Assembly: GCA_030141605.1 (NCBI GenBank)
Contig: JAQGDQ010000003.1
Location: 992,001-1,056,000, forward strand
Source of the DNA: Tubiluchus corallicola
Taxonomy: Eukaryota; Animalia; Priapulida
Reading direction: 5' to 3'
DNA length: 64,000 bases
Made by a program: the position numbers and the translations under genes. The notes beneath the pieces are model-generated. The model saw nothing but the letters and a program-made list of their open reading frames with translations. It ran no database searches and was not told the DNA's origin. Positions 25,991 through 64,000 of this stretch are shown piece after piece (within the stretch, counting starts at the first letter, position 1; each line of letters begins with the position of its first letter).

Positions 25991-28900
25991 TAATGCCTTA
26001 ATGTCTACGACAGTCAAAAGATATAACGAGAATTATGTATGCGGGAGTGTTCGTTGTATAGGAGCTCTGGCTTGAAATAAAATGCCTTTGGTATAGTTCT
26101 GCGACAATTTCAAGGTGACCAAATTTTGTATCATATTTTTGGCATGTCTGGTGCGAAATACACGCTAAAAGTGCTAAAATCCTATAATAAAGAATTTCTG
26201 CATTGTTATCTGTCTCTTTGGATATTTTCCGTTTGCAAATTATTAGGTGCTTAAAAACAATGGTAAACCAAACCACTAATTTGCTGATGTTTGTATACTT
26301 GCTCACAGCAATTTCGCATTTTTAATAACTATACTGAAAGGGAATATTTCTGGTGCATTAAGCCCAATGGGGATTTTTTCCGGGAATACACTGAATTAAG
26401 GCGTTTTGGGATAAAATGGGTTGATTTGATTAACGCGCAGGGTAATGAAAGATACTCAAATACACAATATTTCGTTAATGTTACCGTTACCACCGTCATC
26501 ATCACCACTACCGCAGGGACCACAACCCCACCACCATCACCATTATCACCACCATTACCATCATCATGATCGCAAACAAAAGTGATTAAGAATTAAAGAC
26601 GATTTCTGATCTAAAAGCTAGGTGTGATTTGTTGCAATAATAATCACATCACGATTCCATAAATAATTTTGGAATGTTTTGTTTATAGTTGATGATTGTG
26701 ATATACATTGACAAAGTAACGACACGAACGGTTTTACAAAACTTAATACAGATAGATTATTTTTTAGATAAGTGCGCTAAGCAACAGTTTTATTCTTACT
26801 GACAAAAATATTTGCTCTTACAGCTACCCAAAATATACAAAGACTGCAGTGTGCACGCATGCGCAACAAGGCAGTGCGAAACGTGCAAAAATATTTAAAA
26901 AAGAAAACACAGCATAGCATAATAAATGCAAAAAATTCTTATCGAAAAACTAGTTACTGAGCATCAAATTCTGTAAATAACAGGATTGATCACATATGTG
27001 ACGTCAGAGTGTGCTGACGTCACAGGTGCACTGAAACCTCTATGATAATCATCATTCAGCTTCAATGATTATTATGCGTTTCAAAAAACAAATAAAAATG
27101 GCAACGGAAAAAATTCGTTTAACAAAAGTATACATGGTCGATATTGGAAACTTGGACAACGTTATAGTGAGATTCTTGTCGTTTTACACTCATTTCTTTG
27201 TATTACATCAACTGCGGTAGTTTCCTGGAAAAAGTTTTGAAGTTTAAACATTAAATATCCACAATATTTACTAATACCTACTAAGCATCTATAATAAAGT
27301 TAGCAAACAACGTGCTAGGACTTATACATTAATATTAATCAGTCAGAACGAAAAGTTTTCACACGTCCTTCGGACCTAAACACTTACAAAATGCAAGGTA
27401 CAGGTGACATTTCCAGATTCGAGAAGTCAGATCGATTCAATTTAAGATTCAGGTGGTCAGAGCTCTGCATCTAATACAAATAGTCTTGTATGCACAATAT
27501 GTCACTATCAATCACAGCAGATTCTTGGACGCAGGTGGTGTTAGCTCTGCCTCCATTAACACGGTTGAGATTTTGCTCCTTAACTCAGCAATTGTAAGAA
27601 CATCTTAAAATGAGACAGGCGCGTAGAATGTGCAATATGCGCTCAACAAATGCGATTAATACAGGCGATGTTAAATTATTGAGAGGCGGACAGAAGTTGA
27701 AACGTCGAACCCGCACAAAATTGGTTAGAAAAAATGACATAAAGCCTATTAAAATTTCGATCTGAACACATCTATTAGCCATCCATTTCCGGCAGAAAAT
27801 ATCAAATTTCCGTATCCGCCTGGAGAACATTAGATTGGATACGATGACACGATTACAGTAGCGACAGTTAGAGTCTAAGTAACAGAAAAAGAGTTTACTC
27901 GCCCTGTAATAAAGATGTTTTAGCAATTATTCACAGTAAGTCTTAAAAGAAAATTGTTTTTTCTTTTAAGTCTTTTTGCACATAGACCTACAATAAGAAT
28001 TATATGCACAAGTCACCCAAAATTCGCCTGCCAGCAAATAACAGTATAAGACAACAGACAAGCAAACTTTTGAAATTTTACATTCGATAAACGGCATACC
28101 TAGAGTGCGAACGCCGAAGACAGAGAGTACTTTATTGCCCAAGTTTCCAATAATCAGTAATGAGGTAATCCCTGGGCCTTATTAAGTGACGCACAAGAGT
28201 ACGACTAGAACAATTTAGAATCATGGCCATACCAAAATTTTTGCTGATACACAGTGTTTTTTCAATTTACAATATTACCTACTTAACATTATGCTACAGG
28301 TAATTTAAAAGTAAAAGTGCGTTTCAGCCTATTATATACAGACAGAATATACTAGTTTTCATCAAGATATGCGTGAGCGTGCACGCGTACACACAAACAC
28401 ACACGCACACAATAATAATTATTTTAATATATGAAATACACAATATTCTCTAGTTTATAAATAGTTACAAGCACAGTGCAATGCACTGTTACAAGTACTG
28501 AGGATGCAACGCTGCACTGCACAATGCATGAAACAAAATCAAAATCAACACAGCAAAAATAAACAGTCAAACTGTCAACTCGTATTAAACACAATAATAT
28601 ATCATCGCAATAACAAAACAGTTTCGCAAAAAATCCCAGTGCAAGTACCCATATGTTTCTCATGGCAATTAAAAACCAGTACCAAACGTATACGACTATA
28701 ATTACACATACATACATTCATACATGCACACTTTCGTACATCTATCTGAAAAGCTGAGATTATATGTTTTATATGCAGGCATGGCGTCAATAATAAGGGG
28801 AACAAGTTCTGTAAAGGGGGTTATATAAGCAGCACAATGGTTTCATCACATGATTAAGAAATTATAGGCACCACAAATAGCACAACACGAAAAGCAGTAT

Positions 28901-31900
28901 CTTGCCACTTGCAGGCAACTTTGGTACAAGTTTCTGACAGTATCGAAACTTGAAAATAATAAAACACACAAATGGATATACAACATAAATGAGCTAAATG
29001 CTAAACAGTTAATGAAATGTAGTTATATAACCTTACAGAAATGCGAATCAATAGAAAAAACAGCTAAATTCATCTAAGCAGCAGATATATTCAACAGTTA
29101 CCTATTCATAAAGTGTTGATGATTTGTAAGCTTAAAATTGTTGTTTATTCTATTTTACATTTATAAACTTTGATAAATTTTCTACATAGCAGATTTCATT
29201 GCACCAGAGGAATTGATATAATTGCCTATTACAGAGTAAAAGATGCGCAGTTTTAACAATTTACATCATTTAGTAAGAAATTGGCAAATAATTACTGATA
29301 ACGAAAATTTAACTTTTGACTATGTATTAACATATGTAAGAAATTGCATTCCGAAGTTGCAGCTGAACTATGTACAAAAATCATAATGAGAAGGATGTTG
29401 TACAATTTTGACACTAGTTCTGGCAAAAACATCATGTTTTTTCAAAAATTTTTTCAACATGCAAGGTGTGACAAAAATTCGAGTACAGTAAATAGTGAAG
29501 CTAATCACAGTGAAGTGTGCTATAACTGTGTAAAACTTGGCACACTCTGTGCATAAACAACTTCTTGTCAAATGTAAGTAAAAAAGTTGGTTTCTCAAAA
29601 CTACCAAAGCAATATCTGTGTGTGACAATAAGTGCCACTTGCTCAAATAAAAGTAATCACTTTTTCAAAAATTTCAGTAACAGTAGCCAAAGGTAAAAAA
29701 AGATTTTTATGTCAAGAACAAAAATATGTTTTCCGCTTCAATTTTCCACTACCAAACCACTCACAGAATTTATTAAATTTCTACAGCTACTGTTTGAAAA
29801 ATGCTTGAATAGTTATTGCACCACAACATATAATTGATAACAAGTACAGCACAAAATACACAAATATTCCTTTAACCTAAAATTTGCCAAAGGCCTCCCT
29901 GAAATACCAGCTCAAATTTTAAACATCCAGTCATAAAGAGACAGATTTGACTAGGAAAGGCTTCTCCCTGAAAAATCACTAACTAATACGCATTTTTGAT
30001 GTAGAGTAAACCGTTGCTGTACACATAACTACACATGTATACAAAATCCTGGTTGGGTAAATTGAAAAAAAATGACTTGTGACTATATTACAGTACTTTT
30101 TATAGTGAACAATATTAGATTAAAATGGTTGATCATAAAAATTATGACATTGTAAGGTATCAATAAACTTACTGATGCTAACTTATCTAAGATATTATCT
30201 GCCTCACAACCCCTTTTGTAACAATTATTAAAAACTAATTAAAATGCATGTATAATTTATCTCTAAGTTTAAAACAACACTCCATCCCAAAAGACGCTGC
30301 TTAAGTACCTTGGCATGTTACTATGTACAAAAGCTAAATGATACGTTTAATTAACATTCTGACTCAAATAAACTATAGTAATAACACTAACAGTAACAGA
30401 AGTGGAAGCACTGTGTGATGAAGACCTATATCAGTGTGAGTAAGCGTCAACACTTCTCTGCCTGTAATTTGGCAACAGTGTTGGCGTAATATGTGCATAG
30501 TTCCCTGAGATTCAGCTCATTTTAATAGTCTAAGAGAGTTCAATCTCCCTAGGGATGGGCATTCCAGAATGAACCAATGACGTTTCATGTAATGGCAATC
30601 ATTTTAATCAAGAACAATTTGGTGAAATTCGTCACAATATGTTGTCAGTCTTAGCCACAATAAATATGCACTCTTTCCTCGCTGAGGTGTATTTTGTATT
30701 TCTTTGGTTGAGTTTTGATTTTAATATCTATCATACAGATAACATCTATACATACTACTAATACAACATACTCTGAATTACCCTGAAAATTTTTCATAAA
30801 AAAATATAAGGATAGAAGTTCAGCAAATCAAGTTTTTGTCTAAATGACAGTTGCTTTAGGTGCTGGAAGACTAGTGATCTGTCTTTAATAAATGACAGTA
30901 AACAAGGAAACCTTTTTATGCTTTATAAATGATCAGTGATGCTTGTAAATGTATTTTGATTATAAAATCGACATATCTGAGGTAGATGATGTAGCTTCAA
31001 TATGAAAATAGACTACACAAATGGTTGGAAATAAACTACACTCTAGGGGATCATTCTCATCATGAGGTAGACGAATTATATTGCACAATTATTACATTTA
31101 CCTAATTTGCGTAAATACTAAGGGAACAGTATGTATAGTAATTTAGATAGATAGTTCAAGATGCCATAAGACATGAGTGTAACTGTAAATCTTTTTTGGA
31201 GACACACACTGCTATAGCAGTTTTTTTTTCAATATAATGACAGTTTTTTATGCATTTGTAATACGCATACAAAATAGATAAACTACTGTCTCCTGAAAAA
31301 AGTATTTGGCATTGACACATTAGGACTGCTTGATGTAACTCAAATTTACCTAATTACTGTCTAAGTGGAGGACAATGTGCACATTTACTGTGGCATTATA
31401 TGGTCTAACTGAGTATTTTAGTTCAAATTTTAGTCAAACATTCTACTTATTTACATATTTAGGAACACACAGCCAAGTAGTAGCAGATTTTGAAGCTGCT
31501 ACTGAGCTAATGTGTTTAACTAAGACTCATGTCCACTCACATTTAGATGTAGAAAAGTTTGGAAGCAAAGTATTATCACGATCAAAAAAAAGACTACCAT
31601 GATACAAGTGAATATACAGCTGATGATATGCAACATAAAACGCAGCAACTGCAGCTGTTTAACACAATAAGCATTACAGAGGATATATATACATATATAA
31701 TATACTGCCGTACTAATGCAAGGTTGCCTCTGCCTACCAGTAACCCGTCATTTCTTATGAGGTACTTAACGGTTTCCTTGATTTATCTCGGCTGTATAAC
31801 AATCTGTACATAGTGTGCATGGAGCATAGTTGCTGTAACATCAGTATATATCAGCAAGATGAATGCAAGCATGCACTGCTGTTAAAACTTTTCCAAGTCC

Positions 31901-32384
31901 TAATCTTGCTCATTGCTACAGGTGACTTGACACCATTGCGCACTCCGCAAAAAATAAATAACAATATAACTTGCGCAAAAATGTCTAGTCAGCAGCGGCA
32001 GGTATTAAAAAATAATCATTGTTTAACTGTGTAAACACAGTGCAAAAGCATGAGAATAACAAGAACAAGTCACAGCCGGACACGACCATCAGAAACATAG
32101 CCACACAAATCACTACATGAGTAATTGATCTCATTCTTGATAAGATAAATAATTGACTGCCGGCAGCAGAGTCAACCTCATCAATTCTCATTAATAGTGA
32201 CATCAATAATCCTTTAATTGTTCTCCATAAATCTTGATAAAGCAGATAATTTTGCAGTCAGCACGAAGCCAGGTAGATATGAAGCTCACCGCTAGTTCAA
32301 CAATTGATCGTAATTTGCCAGTTCTGTTTTTGATCACCACAGCAGTAGCTTAAGATGCGAGGCAAATGAAACATAAAGGCACTT

Positions 32385-58309
<25,925 letters not shown>

Positions 58310-61300
58310 CTGCAAAAACAAAAGACACTGTCATTACACATTGTCATATATACCTGATCAGATATCAAATTCTCAATTGCAAAAATATATTTGTACTGAA
58401 TTCATAATATCTGAATTGAAGTTTGATAAAGTACACTCGCTATGGCGGTATAACACAAAAACTTTAAAAAAATCTGTTATTTAGTTTACCAGTACAGGAT
58501 ACACTTTTAGGAAGTTTGGTTAATCTATTAATACAGCAGAACTGAAACTGGTCTGAAAATTTGGAAATGGAGATGGAAAACTCGCTTAATATCAAAATCG
58601 GTGTTAATGACGATCTCACGTACACGCATACATTCGCGCAATTATACAAAATCTTAAATTCAAGTATGACGGAAACCATTATTAAAATTTGAAACTAAAC
58701 GCATCTGAGAGTGTAAAAGACACATACATACTAAATTATTTAAAAAGTTAATAGAATTACACACGTAATTAGTAATTACTTTAGTGTAAGTAAACTAACA
58801 TTTGCAAATGTTGCAAAGGCTGGTGAGCTCATTACGACTGAAATAAAGAGCGTCCCGTTGGCAAGGGACAGAAGGGTCTAAGCTGAATGGCTTGTATTCA
58901 CTAATCCTTGATTCAAATCTTGGTTTTGAAGTAGCGAGTTTTTACATTTTTTCTTTCATTTGGTTTGAAGTGGAAAGTAATAACTGGCTTATTTCACACG
59001 GAAAACCACGGCTTTCAAGGCTTGGCCGCCCGGAAATATTTCTGATAAGTTTATAATTGTGCGCTTCAATTTAAAAAGAAAACTGGAAAGCGCTTAAAGG
59101 TTTACATTTAATGTCAGGTTAAGATATTTAACAAACTGTTTGCTGTACGACATGGATATTTGCATCTCATTAAAGTCATGACTGTTAAATTGTACAAGTA
59201 GTGATTAAGCATTGAAGCATATCGAGGTTACATTTAGGCGAAGAAGAACAGTTAAAACGCAGATACTAAATACTAACACATTAGTTAAAAGACTGTTTGG
59301 TAGAACTAACGCATTAATCGATTAGGCCCATCTATATCCGCGCATATGACATTCAATAAGCATTTTACCTCAGCTATTAATCAATTTCAACAATTGGCGT
59401 AGAAAAGACGACGATTTTTTGGCAGCTTTTTAGATGCGTGGTGAAAATGTGCGATTTGTTACTTATAAGACGAGCCAAGATGTCTCTGATCTTTAAATAC
59501 TAATTCAGATTAGAAATGAAATTAACTACAGGGCCTTTGACGTCATACTGGGCACAGTTTTCCAATGGCAGGAATCTTCATTGAGTGTCTCACAGTGTTC
59601 GGAAAATCAGACGCTGTGGCCCATCTAGGAATGTATGGCTGAAAGCAACACTGATAAACAAACGAAATTGAACTTTCTAGATAATTTTTTCAATGTCAAT
59701 CAAGCTAAAGGCATTCGCGTAAAACATGAAAAATAAAAGGCAACTTCAGGTATTATAGACAATAGAACATTTTTTTAGATGTTTTAGAATTAGTGCATGT
59801 TTTTTTGACATTACACATGCAAATGAACAATTTTAAAAGTTGTGTTTTTCATACAATTTACAAGTAAAGCAAACAAATGCATAAATTTAAAGCAATTCTG
59901 TTTTGATTGCGATTCTGTTGTGACGCCACAAATTAAACTAACAAAACCTTATTACACAAACAATGACAATGAGAATGAGAACGACATTATTGCGAAACAA
60001 ATCTATATACAGAGTTACTTTGCAACCCAGTAACTCAAAAATGCTGGAAGAAGAGTAAAAATTAAAACAAGTACAACAAACATTCTACAGAATATTTTTA
60101 AATAGGTTCAACTTTTATAATTCAATTTACGCTTGCTTTTATTTTTGGCAAAATCATGACCAAAATAATGATGTACAAATGACATGCAGAGAGTGCTCCA
60201 GTTCACAGCTATCCAGAACAAATAAATTTTCATATTTTGTTAATTTCGAATTCTTTAAATCTACAAAACTCTTCTTCAAATCGCTATAATCAATGAAAAA
60301 CACGCATATTGATACATGCCAGTTAGGTATACATTGCATGGTCATTTTATTTAAATTTGCTTTATTTAGTTTAAACGGGACTTATCACTTTTGGTATTTG
60401 CATAAGTAAAATCGCATGGACCCTCCATTGGTGACAAGAGGCTTGTTTAAAGAAACTAACAAAATCAGTTATAAAAATCTTACCAGGAAAAGATCGGCAG
60501 GTTAAGAAACTTGTATGCGTAAAAAGTGCATTCCAGTTAAGTTGATGATTTTTTGTCAAAGCTGAAATTCATTTAATCAAGACTTTATGAGTACAAAAAG
60601 GCGTTAACTGCTTTAACCGCAGGATGTGCAACAGATTAATAGGGCGCAAAGTTTGAACATTTACATTTTGCTTATCTAAACGGCGTTTTATGTTTTTAAC
60701 TATTTTATGGCAAAGAGCCTACCCTAAAACCATCAAGACCACGAGAAGTGGCGTGAAAATCTGCCGGTTTTATTCTCATTAAATTATTATTTTACCCCGA
60801 AGTGTATTGTACGTTTCATTCGTGTATAGGACATATAATGAAATTTTAAATATTTTTAAGAATGACAGATGTTAGCCGCACAAACATGTTAAATTGTAGT
60901 TATGAATGAGCACGGTAGAAAACATTTGCAAAATCAACGAGAAGTTGCCAAATTGAGCAACAATCACTAACGAAGTATTGCACAAGTGTAATCAAACCGA
61001 AAGGGTTAAAGTATATAAATTACAATTTACACTTATTTTTATTAATATTCACCCAGTTGAAATAATTTTTAGATCAAGAAAAATTGTATGAACATCGTAA
61101 AGTAGTCTGAGTATTACGACTGGCAATATATGTACACCAATTTAGTAAAATTTACTATATTTGTCACAAGTTCTGTAATTTTACAACAATTTAAAGAATT
61201 TCCCAATGAACTTCCATTTTTGTAAGTTACTGATTTAATATCAATTTGTAATACTTATAAAATTTAATTCCAGTCGTGCTAGTAGTAGAATAAAAAAACG

Positions 61301-63270
61301 TTAGCCAAAATAGCTACTTGCCAACAGAAGATGATAAAACGTACAATAACTAATGATGATGAAATGTGATGAAACACATAAATAAATGTACAAGACACAT
61401 TCAAACATTGACAGTATTTTTGCATCTTGTAAAGAACGTTTTCTCAACTTATATTAAAAGACTTAAAAAACTTGGAATTTTTTATTATAAACCGAATCAA
61501 AAGAAACAAGCAGACTGTGAATATACGTATATTAAAGTTACACTTTCTGCGGCCAACTAGTTTAAACGGAAATGCCCCAGGAGAATAGCGCCATAACGCC
61601 ATTATCCATATAAGGCGACATATTTTCCTATTAAAATCCATTTCACACACAACTGAATAGTTAACTGTTATGCCCCGAAATTTTATATGCCACAGCTGCT
61701 GGGCCCACCACTCTGCTTTGCTTGCCCCGAAATGAGATTTTACCAAAAATGGATACAATAATCGAACAATAACAATTTTGCCCAGAAAATAACTAAGGTG
61801 TGTACGGCAGTTTCCTATTTGAAGAAATAAATGTAATGCAGCATTGAGGGGCAGGCTAGCAGAAAAACTGAGACTGGTTGCCATGAATGATGTGAATACT
61901 CCCCTATCGACAGGACCCTAACAGTCAGCCTTGTATGAAAAATTGACATTGAATAGCAGCAACCACATCTTATAATGTGACCAGTCAAAGGTCATGCTGT
62001 GAGAATAGAATATAGTTAGCAACTGTTACCATTCTGCATGGCCTGTGATTGGCGAACTCACTAAAAAACTCCATTAGAGCTTATTTTCCAAACGCCCAGC
62101 TTCTTAGAGGTAACAATAACAATTTTTTTAAGTGTTGTTGAACTTTAAAATTGCGTTAAGTAGCCTAATTTACAACATTTGACAAATGTTTAATGCAAAA
62201 CAAGAGAAAAATTCATTTAGCGGCGAATTGCAAGCAAGATGGAAGAATATAAACCATGTAGCTCAATAGCTAGGCTAAAGAATCAAGGCCAAGAAAGCCC
62301 GAGGCATGACATGTTTACAATGGCTAGCTTGTTTACTACTATATCGCAGAACAGTTGTAAAATTTGTAAAACAAAACAAAACAAATAACTTTTACACAAA
62401 TCTTTGTAAATAAAATACACATAAACATGTGTGCCATAGTTTAAAATTAAAAAGCGTCAACATTGAGCACTTTCCCAAAAAGGGCTAAAAATAGCATTCC
62501 ATTTTCATTTAAGGAAAATATTTCAAATAATCATAGAAAAACGAATTCACTTAAAGAACGGCAATCAGCCAGCAGAAAAAAGCGAGAACTAAATGTTCAA
62601 TATAGGGATTATATGGTGCCATAATTGCCATTCTAATTTATCCTGTGGCCTTTGGACATCACATGGAGCTGCCAGCCACATTTCACATGCATACCGGCTT
62701 TAATTATTCCAAGTTGTTTGCCATGAAATATAAACACAGTTTAACAAACTGAGGCTATAAATGCAATCTGGCCAAGTACAAAGAAAACTGGTTTTTATAT
62801 GACAAACATACACCGGGCGGCTAAACTATACGTATCAGCATTCTGGCCAACCCATTAAAAGGGGTCAATAATCTATATAAGACTTCTTGAAGTGCACGAG
62901 CTCATTTTTCAGTGGCATCTCCTTTTTGTATATGTCATCGCTAAGAAAATGCCCGTTGGCGTGCGATAGATGAGACCTAGGTATTTACTTGTGGCAATAA
63001 CCTGAATATGTTATGAAGCTGTTGCCATATGCATTTATATGCCCATAGACCACAATCACTTGTCGTTCGTGTGAAACGGTGGTATATGATTGATGGCAAG
63101 CTTAACATAACTTGACTACTGTGCAGCCAGGTATACTGAAAGGGTGCAAGAAGCATAGTAAGGATATCATTAATTAAACCTATAGAAACTTATCAATAAA
63201 TATAGCAACAAAGTAACCATTTATTATACTTCCGACCCGCCCACTCTTCAGTGATGACTTTAATGTGATT

Positions 63271-63327
63271 AGCCATGGTAAGTTGGTAACACCAAGTGCG
63301 GTGCAGATTAGGTTCGAATTCAAGCAC
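63271..63327 (+). mobile_element. Degenerate tRNA-derived SINE head (A-box/B-box)
   Basis: TGGTAAGTTGG (63276-63286) and GGTTCGAATTC (63311-63321) with Pol III-like spacing; no anticodon stem recognisable. Confidence 0.35.
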
Positions 63328-63877
63328 CTTTTTCGATGTAACTTCCTAACTTATGTACAATTGTGTTTAACTTTAGCGTTCCGTTAAGGTGGATTAAATT
63401 ACAAAGGATGTTAGGGTCTGCAGCATGTATTACGTCAGCATATTTGGATATGTATGCGATTTTTACAGGAAACCAGTGCCAACTTTAAACCAAAGCTCTG
63501 AAATGCATTCTTTGCGTTCGCAAAGTGAGACACAAAAGGAAGGTTTCCGTCACTGGAAAATTTTGTCCAATGGTGACGTCATTGCTGTGCTCACGGACCG
63601 TTAATTCAGTTTATCAGCTGCACTAGAATGAGAAACAATTTGGCAACACTTGTTGGAACTGTAAACTGTACTACTTTACACTTAGACCGAGATCCGAGAT
63701 ATGATAAAAAAATCCTCTCGTTTTCTTTATGTTTAGATTTGTGTCGAAAACAAATTAAATTTTTTGAAAAATAACTTAATGAAATTTTTTGTATTCTAAC
63801 CTAAGCACATTCTTCGCTAACTAAGGAAAAGTATAAATTACTTTATGCTGTCAGTAAGAATAAAAACGTGGTTTTTA

Positions 63878-64000
63878 GGCGAGTCAGTGGTGCACAGCGG
63901 GATGGTGATGTCGCGACGTTTTATCAGTTGACGTGAACATTTTAAATTATTACAAATTTTCTTTTCCAATTGCACAAGTTCTTTAAACAATTTTGGGAAA
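63878..64000 (+). repeat. Dispersed repeat copy (related copy at 42320-42402)
   Basis: Same motif order as the 42320 copy; runs to the window end. Confidence 0.75.

Noticed and set aside
25998-26569. ORFs of 92-102 aa on both strands
   Set aside because: No recognisable domain or convincing splice signals; the end is an (ACC/ATC)n low-complexity tract.
61444-61884. 146-aa minus-strand ORF as a candidate ARID3 5' exon
   Set aside because: It lacks the W.YEEQFKQ-type motif expected just before the LYE exon and its composition is not ARID3-like; the true upstream exon is probably outside the window.

Overview
AT-rich, intron-rich eukaryotic DNA, most consistent with an invertebrate animal; there is no sign of prokaryotic operons, rRNA or CRISPR. 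Most entries in the ORF track are spurious, and the real genes have to be assembled from GT-AG exons. (1) + strand ~2060-6317: a multi-exon PEBP/RKIP-family gene with intact ligand-pocket motifs, a probable signal peptide and an unusual Ser-rich spacer plus hydrophobic C-terminal tail resembling a GPI-anchor signal. (2) - strand ~23810 to ~8020: a decayed, intron-containing pseudogene whose fragments line up in order and spacing with the N-terminal half of RNF213/mysterin. This call rests on my recollection of the RNF213 sequence and needs a tblastn check. (3) + strand ~17234-22952: a degenerate, 3'-truncated Bel/Pao LTR retrotransposon lying antisense inside that pseudogene. (4) - strand 58309 to 32385: five coding exons of an ARID3 (dead ringer/retained/Bright/cfi-1) transcription factor, with a 21.7-kb intron inside the ARID domain; its 5' exons were not found and probably lie beyond 64000. 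The rest is MITE, LINE and SINE debris, microsatellites and small tandem or inverted duplications. I found no convincing wholly new biological system. The best leads are the putatively cell-surface PEBP and the RNF213-like relic.
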